Shown here one piece after another: positions 1 to 8,550 of a DNA stretch of 64,000 bases. The translations under genes and the position numbers were made by a program. Source of the stretch: Escherichia phage vB_EcoM_10C2_SA_NWU; sequence record OR062525. One strand, written 5' to 3'. How positions within the stretch are numbered: position 1 is the stretch's first letter; every line of letters begins with the position of its first letter. Under the pieces are notes generated by a model that was not told the DNA's origin, ran no database searches, and saw only the letters and a list, made by a program, of their open reading frames with translations.

Positions 1-48
1 TTCATTACAGCATCCAACCATCTTGCAGAGTAACTAACAGGAGGGGCT

Positions 49-1188
49 TTGAGTAGAGAATATCCACTTATTGAATCTGTAGATTGTCTTGCTGATCTTC
101 TCGAACCTGACGCTATAGTTTATTATGACTTCGACCAGGTTGCATATCAAGCTGCGGCAAGTTGTGAAAAAAGGACAATTGAGGTAACACACAAAGCCTC
201 CGGACGCAAGAAGATGTTTAAAACACGAACAGAGTTCTGGGGGCGGCAGAAGAACACCGTTGGTGGTTGGTTAAAAGCTGAGAATACCAACCGTGAAGCC
301 GCATGTAAAAAGGCTGGAAAGGAGTTTATTCCGTGGACACGCGAAGATTTCGATGTCTTGGATATCCAAACCCCTGATCCTGTAGAGAACTGCTTACACA
401 CAATTAAGTGTAAAGCTAATGCAGTTCTTAACTATCTAGGTATTCCGGAAGAGCGATGTGTCGGGGTGTTGGGAGGCACAGGTAACTTCAGACTAGATCT
501 TCCAATGCCGGAAAGATACAAAGCCAACCGTAACAATACTCTTCGACCACTGCTGCTTGGAGATGCAAGACAGTATCTACAAAAGCAGTATAATGCTCAA
601 GTGATCAACGGTATCGAGGCTGACGACTGGTTAGCTATCCAGCAATTTGAAGGTTGGAACCACTACCAAAAAACAGGTAAGTTCAACAAGTTTATTATCT
701 CTATTGATAAGGACCAAAGAACACTACCGGGGCTTGTGTTCGATCCCATGCGAAACGATAAGGGAGATTTTGTAAGGGAAACCCCTATGCTGATCGATAA
801 CGGTATGGGGAACATCTTCATGAAGCCCAATGGAGAGGTTGGTGGTTACGGAATGCTGTTCTTCGGATACCAAATGCTGTGTGGTGACTCTGCTGACAAT
901 ATCAAGCCGTATCAAGGACTTATCGGTAAGGGTAAGTTCGGGGATGCCTCAGCATTCTACCTACTGTCTCAGTGCAGCACTCCAAAGGAGATGTGGGTGG
1001 CTATTATTGATCAGTACAAGAAGTGGTTCCCGAAAGGTGTTGTTAAGTATACTGACTTCAATGGTGTTGATCGTAGAATTTCCGTAGGTCAATGGATGAG
1101 TATAATTTTTGACTGTTTGTATATGAAGCGAACATTCAATGATCAAACAAAACTTGTTAACGTTCTTAGAAATGTTGGAGCAATTTGA
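49..1188 (+). CDS. 5'-3' exonuclease / flap endonuclease (FEN, RNase H-like)
   Basis: GIEADDWLA acidic motif (cf. GYEADD of T4 RNase H / T5 D15 / Pol I 5' nuclease) and H3TH-like GDSADNIKPYQGLIGKGKFG; TTG start after GGAGGGG. Confidence 0.7.
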   Translation: MSREYPLIESVDCLADLLEPDAIVYYDFDQVAYQAAASCEKRTIEVTHKASGRKKMFKTRTEFWGRQKNTVGGWLKAENTNREAACKKAGKEFIPWTREDFDVLDIQTPDPVENCLHTIKCKANAVLNYLGIPEERCVGVLGGTGNFRLDLPMPERYKANRNNTLRPLLLGDARQYLQKQYNAQVINGIEADDWLAIQQFEGWNHYQKTGKFNKFIISIDKDQRTLPGLVFDPMRNDKGDFVRETPMLIDNGMGNIFMKPNGEVGGYGMLFFGYQMLCGDSADNIKPYQGLIGKGKFGDASAFYLLSQCSTPKEMWVAIIDQYKKWFPKGVVKYTDFNGVDRRISVGQWMSIIFDCLYMKRTFNDQTKLVNVLRNVGAI

Positions 1189-1520
1189 TGACTAAAAATT
1201 CTGTAGATAATGCAATTATGGAAGCTGTTTTTGAGGATGATCATACAACAGGGACCATTAAAACAAAAAATACATTTATTGTTGCCACAGGTATGTGGCG
1301 GTTGTACGAAGATGACACCATTTCATACATCCTGTACACGGATGATTACGCAGATGACCGTGTATGGTCTGCTGTTTTAAAAGAGGATTGTGAGCTGATT
1401 GAGGGCGAGCGGTTATGCATGTTCACCAGTGTGGAAACAGATGTTAAGCTTTGCTCTCTCGTCCTGTTCAAAGATAAGGCTTATGCTCCTGATGAAGGAG
1501 AGGAGGATGAGGAAGCATGA
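1185..1520 (+). CDS. hypothetical protein, acidic C-terminus
   Basis: ORF overlapping neighbours by 4 nt; no motif recognised. Confidence 0.4.
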   Translation: MMTKNSVDNAIMEAVFEDDHTTGTIKTKNTFIVATGMWRLYEDDTISYILYTDDYADDRVWSAVLKEDCELIEGERLCMFTSVETDVKLCSLVLFKDKAYAPDEGEEDEEA

Positions 1521-2146
1521 GAGAGCGTCTATTATCCATAGACCAGTCGTTGACACACACAGCTTGCGTTGTATGGGACGATGGAAAGCCTGTTCACAAG
1601 GTTGTGTTACGAACTCAAAGCTCATCTGCAAAAGAGAAGAAACCAGGGACGGTTTCTTTTGCAACAGCTGCTGAGCGTATTGACTGGATCTGCAAACAGG
1701 TCAGATATTATATCCACACGCACGGCGTTGACACCGTGGTTATGGAAGGGCTTTCCTTTGGATCACGCGGGGATGCCACACGTGAACTGGCTGGGTTGTT
1801 TTACGGTCTCGAAGTTATGCTTTGGGATGCTTTAGCTGATTGTGAAAATGACGGCCTGTTTAAGGTTCACACAGTGACACCAACAACTGCCAAAAAGTTT
1901 GCTCGTAGTCATCTTCCTGAAGAACTTGCTTTTGAGGAGAAGAAAAAGCTTGACAAAAAGACAGGTAAAGAGCATACTGTGAAGAAACCTGTTACGATGG
2001 ATAAAAAGTTGATGGTTAAGGCCTGCGAAGTATCTGAACCTGGGTTCCTAGACGGGATCAATTTGGTACAAGGTAAGGCCGATCTCGCAGATGCTTATTG
2101 GATAGGTAGGGCGCATCTGGAGGGATTATCGCAAAGCGTAAAATAA
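1517..2146 (+). CDS. RuvC-like Holliday junction resolvase (putative)
   Basis: N-terminal LSIDQSLTHTACVVWD, VVMEGLSFGS acidic motif, C-terminal ADLADAYWIGRAH resemble the RuvC fold catalytic pattern. Confidence 0.45.
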   Translation: MRERLLSIDQSLTHTACVVWDDGKPVHKVVLRTQSSSAKEKKPGTVSFATAAERIDWICKQVRYYIHTHGVDTVVMEGLSFGSRGDATRELAGLFYGLEVMLWDALADCENDGLFKVHTVTPTTAKKFARSHLPEELAFEEKKKLDKKTGKEHTVKKPVTMDKKLMVKACEVSEPGFLDGINLVQGKADLADAYWIGRAHLEGLSQSVK

Positions 2147-2223
2147 GAAAGAAAGCTGTCAAAGCACCCGTTCATAACGGGTGGCTAAAAGATTCTAAGG
2201 ACATAGCCAACTTTCGAAAAGAA

Positions 2224-2703
2224 TTGTCAGAGGAGCAGGATGGTCTTGATCCGATCTTGTGCGAGCCACTTCGTAAGCCTTGTTTAGATCATGATCATCT
2301 GACTGGTCGTTGCAGGGGTGTTTTGTCTCAGTGCACTAATACCTTTGAGGGGTATGTGCTTAAATACTGGATGAAATACTGTAACGAGTATACAGATTGC
2401 AGTTTATCAGAGGCGTTGCGCCGGATGGCTGACTATTTGGAGAAAGACTACAGCGACTTCCCGCTCCACAAAAACTACAGAGATGATATGACAAAGTTCT
2501 TGAGGAGATGCTCTAAAGCTACGATCATTGCACGAGCAGAATCAGATCTCAATCTTGTCATTAATCCAGAGTGCACCAAGCATGAGGCTATTGAGCTCTA
2601 CATGCAGGAGTTTATAAAGAAAACTGAGGAGAGAGATTTCTATGGGGATGAAAAAGGTATTCAATCCTTGCGACTCAGTCCTGATCAGGATGAAATACCG
2701 TAA
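2224..2703 (+). CDS. endonuclease VII-like (T4 gp49 family) recombination endonuclease
   Basis: CLDHDHLTGRCRGVLSQCTN matches the Endo VII DHDH-x-TG-x-x-RG zinc/His-Me finger signature. Confidence 0.7.
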   Translation: MSEEQDGLDPILCEPLRKPCLDHDHLTGRCRGVLSQCTNTFEGYVLKYWMKYCNEYTDCSLSEALRRMADYLEKDYSDFPLHKNYRDDMTKFLRRCSKATIIARAESDLNLVINPECTKHEAIELYMQEFIKKTEERDFYGDEKGIQSLRLSPDQDEIP

Positions 2704-2875
2704 CTGGAAAGGTGTTGTTGCAGATCGCTGCGTTACTGAGCCCAATTTATGGTTTGGCTCTACAGAGTATCATAAAGAAGAGCAGTGGTTGATGCGTGCC
2801 TTCGATGTAGACAAGGGCGAATATCGTGACTTCGCTTTAAAAGACATTCTTCAGTTTTACTAAGGAATCTTAACG

Positions 2876-3859
2876 ATGATGACAAAGTTAACTCTTGAGC
2901 AAATTTTAACACTAAAGCAACAAGGATACACTAATAGACAAATTGCTCGTGAATTTTTAGGCCGTGAGTCACGTGAGAGCTGGATCCGACTACAGCTTAA
3001 ACGTGCACAAGAGAATATGTCAGAAATTGTAGGAGAAGCAACGGAGCGCTTCCTTGAAGAGCACAAAGGTGCTAAAGTTTGGGTGTATGATACAGAGACA
3101 TCCCCAACAAACGGCTGGTTCTTTGGGCACTATAAGACCAACATTCAAACCTGTGGTATTGAAGTTATGCCCTATATGCTAACTTTCGCAGGTAAGTGGT
3201 TAGACAGCCCTAGTGTGGTTGATTGCGCTCTTCCAGATTACAAAATGTGGGATGAGGATATTCACAATGATCTCGAATTGATTCAGGATTTGTGGTATTA
3301 TCTGGATAAATGCGATGTCGCAGTAGCCCACAATTCAGGTTTTGACTGCGGGTGGGCCAACCAACGATTTGCATTTCACGGGTTGCCTCCAACAAGCCCC
3401 TACAAAGATGTTGACACCCTTAAAATGATCAAAAAGGCATTTCGTTTGAATGCAAACACTTTAGAGTATGCATGCAAATACTTCCAACTGGCCCGACAGA
3501 AACTGATTGATCACACATTTGAAATGTGGATCAAGTGTGTCCATGGTGATCTTGAGGCATTTAAACAGATGCGGGAGTATAATGTTGGTGATATCCTGTC
3601 TCTGGAAGGACTGTATTTGCTGGCTCGCCCGTTTGCTAAGCAGCACCCAAACATGTCATTGTACTACCAGGACGAGGAGCCAAAGGTTCGTTGCCCACGC
3701 TGTGGTGGAGAACACCTTCACGAGGAAGAAGCTTTGGCATATACTCAGCTGAGTGCATTTAAAACATACCGCTGTGAAGGTTGTGGATCTGTTGTTCGTG
3801 ATCGTAACAACATCCGTACCCGAGAAGAGATGAAAAACACCCTGATTCAGATAATCTAA
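2876..3859 (+). CDS. DEDD-type 3'-5' exonuclease with C-terminal zinc ribbon
   Basis: Exo I VWVYDTETS, Exo II VAVAHNSGFDCGW, Exo III YNVGD; C-terminal CPRCGG...CEGCG. Confidence 0.5.
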   Translation: MMTKLTLEQILTLKQQGYTNRQIAREFLGRESRESWIRLQLKRAQENMSEIVGEATERFLEEHKGAKVWVYDTETSPTNGWFFGHYKTNIQTCGIEVMPYMLTFAGKWLDSPSVVDCALPDYKMWDEDIHNDLELIQDLWYYLDKCDVAVAHNSGFDCGWANQRFAFHGLPPTSPYKDVDTLKMIKKAFRLNANTLEYACKYFQLARQKLIDHTFEMWIKCVHGDLEAFKQMREYNVGDILSLEGLYLLARPFAKQHPNMSLYYQDEEPKVRCPRCGGEHLHEEEALAYTQLSAFKTYRCEGCGSVVRDRNNIRTREEMKNTLIQII

Positions 3860-3904
3860 CAAGTATAGGGAGGCGCAAGCCTCCCTTTTCCTTTTGGAGG
3901 CACT

Positions 3905-4723
3905 TTGAGTAAGAAAGAGTCCAACGACAAATATTACACAAACCCTGAGTATGCAGAATATCTTGTTGGTAAAGTAAAAGATAAGTATGGGAATTGTGCA
4001 TACGTTGAGCCTTCTGCTGGGAGAGGTTCTTTTTCAAAACTATTTTCAGAGATACTGTCGTACGATTTAGTACCAGATCCTGAATTTGAAGGACCAACAC
4101 CGTGCATTCAGGCAAACTTCTTGGAGGTGCACCCCAAGGCAGATGTCTTCATAGGTAACCCACCGTTTGGTAAGAATTCATCTTTAGCTTGCAAATTCTT
4201 TAACCATTGTGCATCATTGCTAGAGCTTGGCGGGGCTATAGCCTTCATCTTGCCACGGACATTTGAAAAAATATTTTTTTCAAACAAACTTGACATGTCT
4301 ATGCACCTTGTCTACAGCGAAAGGTGCCCTAAGAACTCGTTTTTACTTAATGGCAAACCTTATGACGTGCCATGTGTTTTCCAAATTTGGGAGAAAAAGG
4401 CGTGCAATAGGGATCCTGTAGAGATTGGAGAGAATAAGTTATTTTCTTTTAGCACACCGGATGACTACGACTTCTGTGTAAGACGTGTTGGGTATAACGC
4501 TGGAAAAGTATTGGGTGATGATGATCCAAAATCTGAAGAATCTACATATTTCATAAAATCTTTAGTTGACGGTGTTGACAGAGTGTTTGCTGAATGCTAT
4601 TCTTCTTTTCAAGAAGAGGCAGGTAAGACTGCTGGAATGAAGAGTATAGGCAAGAAAGAACTACAATACATTTTGGAGACCCGGTATGATCAAAAGCATA
4701 GACTTGACCAAAGAACTTACTGA
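3905..4723 (+). CDS. DNA N6-adenine methyltransferase
   Basis: Motif I-like EPSAGRGSF and motif IV IGNPPFGKN; TTG start after GGAGG. Confidence 0.7.
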   Translation: MSKKESNDKYYTNPEYAEYLVGKVKDKYGNCAYVEPSAGRGSFSKLFSEILSYDLVPDPEFEGPTPCIQANFLEVHPKADVFIGNPPFGKNSSLACKFFNHCASLLELGGAIAFILPRTFEKIFFSNKLDMSMHLVYSERCPKNSFLLNGKPYDVPCVFQIWEKKACNRDPVEIGENKLFSFSTPDDYDFCVRRVGYNAGKVLGDDDPKSEESTYFIKSLVDGVDRVFAECYSSFQEEAGKTAGMKSIGKKELQYILETRYDQKHRLDQRTY

Positions 4724-5144
4724 TGCAAAAGCTTTTGGTGAGACAGCGGTACAAAGAGGCCAGGCTATGGGACTGGCACTACCTTTCGTCTTAAAAGAGC
4801 ACTTTACAGATTTTCAACTTATCAAGGGTGATAAGGGAATGCTTATCCTAGAGCATAAGTTGAGTAAGAAACGCTATAAAGTTGTTTTTAATTCTAAAGC
4901 TCCAACAAAACTGGGATTCAGAACTTACAATCTTAACCCATCCTACACTAAGGGTGTTGGAAGAGTAGAACAACAGCATTTCAGTGCTAGAGCTTCTTTA
5001 GCCCCCTTGATGCTAAATTTTTCAGGGGTGGCTTTAGGATACCTTGACAAGAAAAGAGTTCTTCATGTCCGTTTCACAGACTTTGTAACGCTTTTAGCTA
5101 ACAATGAGGTAGATGAAAAGGGACGTGTAAAAACAAACTTCTAA
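4686..5144 (+). CDS. hypothetical protein
   Basis: co-directional ORF, no motif recognised. Confidence 0.4.
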   Translation: MIKSIDLTKELTDAKAFGETAVQRGQAMGLALPFVLKEHFTDFQLIKGDKGMLILEHKLSKKRYKVVFNSKAPTKLGFRTYNLNPSYTKGVGRVEQQHFSARASLAPLMLNFSGVALGYLDKKRVLHVRFTDFVTLLANNEVDEKGRVKTNF

Positions 5145-5159
5145 TAACGCATAGTATGA

Positions 5160-5363
5160 TTGGAGACCGCAATGACACTAAAGTTAACAGTTCCAGACAG
5201 CTTTTCAGAAAACTTTATCCCAGAAATGATGGATAAGATGCGATCATTGCTTGATCAGATTGAAGAGGCTGTTTGGGAAGACGATGCTGTAGTGGCTAAC
5301 GAGCTGGTAGATAAGTGTAAAAGTATTATTGATGCAGTTGAAGAATACCACGGAGGTTTTTGA
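5160..5363 (+). CDS. hypothetical small acidic protein
   Basis: TTG-start ORF, stop overlaps next start. Confidence 0.4.
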   Translation: METAMTLKLTVPDSFSENFIPEMMDKMRSLLDQIEEAVWEDDAVVANELVDKCKSIIDAVEEYHGGF

Positions 5364-5965
5364 TGGATATTATTGTTCTTAACGCCCCACCCAGCAGTGG
5401 TAAGGATCACATTGCAGATCTCTTGTTGGAAGCTATTCCTAACTCACACCATCGTGAGGTTAAGGAGATACTCTTCAGCGTGGCAATTAAGGCAGCTGGT
5501 GTAACCCCTCAACTCTGGAATGCACTCTATGATCGCCGCTACAAAGAAGAACCATGCCCGTTCTTAATGATAGACGGCAAGCATGTTTCTCCGCGAGAAT
5601 GGATGATCCATTGTAGTGAAAATCTGATTAAACCTATCTTTGGTGAAGACGCTTTCGGTAAGGCCGCAGTCGCATCCTTGAAGAAAGATTTCCCTGAAGG
5701 TAAAGGGGTTGTTGTTTACTCCGATGGTGGCTTCAAAGAGGAGCTGGCATGCCTTGGCGAGTACGCATACAGCACAGGTGGCGATCTTCTACTGTTCCGT
5801 ATCCACCGTGCAGGATATGATTGGGGAAATGATTCCAGAACTTACCTTAGCCTAGAGAAGAACGGGATAAAAGGTATCGAGTTTGATGTTGTTAATCCTG
5901 AGGGGTCTCCTTGGGAGTGCGCATCTGAGATTGTGTGCAAGTATATTGATGCTAAAGAGGTCTGA
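5363..5965 (+). CDS. deoxynucleoside monophosphate kinase-like (T4 gp1-like)
   Basis: N-terminal IIVLNAPPSSGKDHIAD P-loop-like motif as in T4 dNMP kinase (SGKD..AD); start taken at ATG 5363. Confidence 0.55.
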   Translation: MDIIVLNAPPSSGKDHIADLLLEAIPNSHHREVKEILFSVAIKAAGVTPQLWNALYDRRYKEEPCPFLMIDGKHVSPREWMIHCSENLIKPIFGEDAFGKAAVASLKKDFPEGKGVVVYSDGGFKEELACLGEYAYSTGGDLLLFRIHRAGYDWGNDSRTYLSLEKNGIKGIEFDVVNPEGSPWECASEIVCKYIDAKEV

Positions 5966-5970
5966 GAACA

Positions 5971-6564
5971 ATGCTGATCGGAATTGATGTAGATTTAACA
6001 CTGGTAGACTCAGGAACAGCATGGTGGGAGTGGCTAGAGCGTTTATATGGTCCAGCCAGTAAGACAGTTGCTAAACCTTCTAACGGACTGATGTATTACG
6101 ATCTGTCAAAGTATTGGCCTGATCGCCCCAAAGAAAACATCATAGGGCCTTTTGATTTCTGGAGTGATCCGTTCCTCTACGACTTTCTTAAGCCTGAAGA
6201 GGGGGCTATTGAGGTTATGAAAGATTTGGTTGCTCGTGGTCACAAGCTTGCATTTATCTCTGTATGCAAGAAAGGTCACCTTGCATCTAAATCAAGGTTC
6301 TTAAAGCGTTGGACCAGCGATTTTATGGATCTTGACGATCACACCCAGGGCCACGGCTTCTATGCCACACATTTCAAAGGAAATGTGGCTGTAGATGTTA
6401 TAATTGACGACAGGCATGAATACCTGAACCAATTCGCTTCACGCCCTGAAGTTATTAAAATCTTAAAAGACACTCCTTATGAGCAATTCGAGGAGTTGAA
6501 GGTCAGTGTTGACTATACCACCAATAGTTGGTATAAAATAGGAAAGTTTTTAGAAGGTATTTGA
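5971..6564 (+). CDS. HAD-superfamily hydrolase, possible 5'(3')-deoxyribonucleotidase
   Basis: N-terminal IGIDVDLTLVD (HAD motif I DxDxT); sits among nucleotide metabolism genes. Confidence 0.45.
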   Translation: MLIGIDVDLTLVDSGTAWWEWLERLYGPASKTVAKPSNGLMYYDLSKYWPDRPKENIIGPFDFWSDPFLYDFLKPEEGAIEVMKDLVARGHKLAFISVCKKGHLASKSRFLKRWTSDFMDLDDHTQGHGFYATHFKGNVAVDVIIDDRHEYLNQFASRPEVIKILKDTPYEQFEELKVSVDYTTNSWYKIGKFLEGI

Positions 6565-6565
6565 A

Positions 6566-6766
6566 ATGGGCAGATGTTCTAAAGGTGGCGATCCTGTAGT
6601 CAGATACGGTGACTGGCTAGAGGTATATGATCTTGGAGGTAAGCTAGTGTATGCCTCCAGGATCACCCAAGACATGTGCTCTGATATGTTTAACAGATAC
6701 CTTGCATTTAAGGCCAACATAAACCCAGACGAAATTTCCAAAATTAAAACAAGGAGAGCTAAATAA
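6566..6766 (+). CDS. hypothetical protein
   Basis: short ORF between HAD and ThyX-like genes. Confidence 0.35.
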   Translation: MGRCSKGGDPVVRYGDWLEVYDLGGKLVYASRITQDMCSDMFNRYLAFKANINPDEISKIKTRRAK

Positions 6767-7749
6767 TGCTAAAACTGTGCACTGCAAAGATTATTGCCGA
6801 CAGCATTTCCGAGAAAGGTAAGCGTATCACCACTTTTGAGCTAGAGTATCCTCGAATTATTCACTCAGAGCTTATGACACATCGAGTGTTCAGCCGAAAC
6901 GCCATGTCTTCTCGTGCAGTTCCTGTCGGTAAGATGCTGCAGCAGATCGTGGAGAATCCGGCAATGCCAGTTCGCTTCGGTGTAAATAAGCGAGGGATGG
7001 AAGATGGTGGGGAACACGATCAAAAGATCCGTGTAGAGTATACCGACATGGAGTTAACTCCTGAAGAGTTTTGGAAAGAAGCTGCAAAAAACGCCGCGTG
7101 GCATGCAGAGAAGTTCGCCCTTGCGGGTTACCATAAGCAGGTATGTAATCGCTTAGTGGAGCCGTTTCAGCGCATGAAAACAGTTGTAACAAGCACCGAG
7201 TGGAATAATTTTTTCCACCTGCGTTGCTGGCACGATGCTGATCCTACGATTCAGATGCTGGCTAATTGTATGTGGGATGCTCTTATGAATAGCACTCCTG
7301 AAACCCTTAAACCGGGTCAATGGCACACCCCATATGTAGAGCACGTTTATTTGGACGGTGAGTTTAACTACGCTGTACGTGACACAGAAGGGAAGCTATG
7401 CATTCTCGATACTAAAGAAGCTCTATCTATTAGTGCTAGTTGCTGTGCACAAGTATCTTATCGAAATATTGACAGCACGTTTGAAAAGGCAGACAGTGTG
7501 GCTAAAAAATTGATTGGCGGGGATCGTATTCATGCAAGCCCTTACGAGCACCAGGCAACACCTATGGATCACGATAACGCAATGGAACGTTTAAACTACT
7601 ACCTGTCTTCATGTGAAATCACACAGGACAGCTGTGTTTGGCAGGAAGGTGTAACCCATCAAGACCGTGATGGTAAATTCTGGTCTGCCAACTTTTGTGG
7701 GTGGGTTCAGCACAGACAGCTGCTTAATAACCACTTCATCAAAGGTTAA
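6766..7749 (+). CDS. thyX: flavin-dependent thymidylate synthase ThyX-like
   Basis: THRVFSRNAMSSRA fits ThyX signature [RT]HR-x7-S-x-R; RBS AAGGAGA; longer than typical ThyX. Confidence 0.45.
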   Translation: MLKLCTAKIIADSISEKGKRITTFELEYPRIIHSELMTHRVFSRNAMSSRAVPVGKMLQQIVENPAMPVRFGVNKRGMEDGGEHDQKIRVEYTDMELTPEEFWKEAAKNAAWHAEKFALAGYHKQVCNRLVEPFQRMKTVVTSTEWNNFFHLRCWHDADPTIQMLANCMWDALMNSTPETLKPGQWHTPYVEHVYLDGEFNYAVRDTEGKLCILDTKEALSISASCCAQVSYRNIDSTFEKADSVAKKLIGGDRIHASPYEHQATPMDHDNAMERLNYYLSSCEITQDSCVWQEGVTHQDRDGKFWSANFCGWVQHRQLLNNHFIKG

Positions 7750-7847
7750 TCCTATCACAGCGATAGGTAACTTTTGTGTTGACTAATAGTATTAGATAAT
7801 CTATAATAATGGCTCACTTTGTTGGTGAGCCAGAAATGGAGACAGAT

Positions 7848-8309
7848 ATGAGTAATGTTATGATTCCTAAAAAGACATTTATTTCAGTTACTTTAGATTT
7901 CCTATCTACTGTTCCCGGATTTAACGTTCGCACACGAAACGGTCTCCGAGCTGCACTCTTCGCCGTAGGGTTTGATTTAAAAAATATTGATGTTCTTCGT
8001 GGAAAAAACGTTCGATGCAAAAATAAGCCAACACATTATAGAAAGGCAGATGTATTTGCTGGTGTCATGCGTGCAGACTTTAGATACCCGCAAATGTATA
8101 ACGGTGTAGATATTTTAGATGTAGATAAAGCACCAGATGAGGCAATGCTTGTTCAAGATCTTCCATATGATATCCCTGTGGAAGATCGTGTTAATGTAAG
8201 AAAGTATACAAAACAATCTGAAAAGGCTGAAGATATTCATATTGTTGATGAACCTTTCAATTTTGAAGATCTGCATCGCCTGGAAAAATTATTCGGTATT
8301 GAAAGCTAA
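7848..8309 (+). CDS. hypothetical protein
   Basis: start moved to internal ATG with GGAG RBS because a TTGACT-N17-TATAAT promoter (7779-7807) overlaps the track start. Confidence 0.4.
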   Translation: MSNVMIPKKTFISVTLDFLSTVPGFNVRTRNGLRAALFAVGFDLKNIDVLRGKNVRCKNKPTHYRKADVFAGVMRADFRYPQMYNGVDILDVDKAPDEAMLVQDLPYDIPVEDRVNVRKYTKQSEKAEDIHIVDEPFNFEDLHRLEKLFGIES

Positions 8310-8319
8310 GGTGGTGAAG

Positions 8320-8550
8320 ATGAGTCATAACTCCAAGTGGAAGGATCTTGGTTTTGCAAGTCGGTCAGAGTATGTTGGTTGGCTTTGGTTCAACGGCCTG
8401 ACAAACGATATTAAAATGTATGATGATGTTTATTATGACGAGTATACAGGTAAAATTATAAATATCTCTGTAGAAGAGGATACCTTTATCCAACAAGATA
8501 CTGATACCTGCCTTGATAAATACGTTGATGAAGTGGAGGAAGCAAATTGA
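8320..8550 (+). CDS. hypothetical acidic protein
   Basis: ATG with AAGGTGG RBS; stop overlaps nrdA start. Confidence 0.4.
   Translation: MSHNSKWKDLGFASRSEYVGWLWFNGLTNDIKMYDDVYYDEYTGKIINISVEEDTFIQQDTDTCLDKYVDEVEEAN

Noticed and set aside
7751-7807. Track start of ORF 7809..8309 at ATG 7809
   Set aside because: A consensus TTGACT-N17-TATAAT promoter ends 2 nt before that ATG, so a transcript could not include it; the internal ATG at 7848 with a GGAG RBS is preferred.
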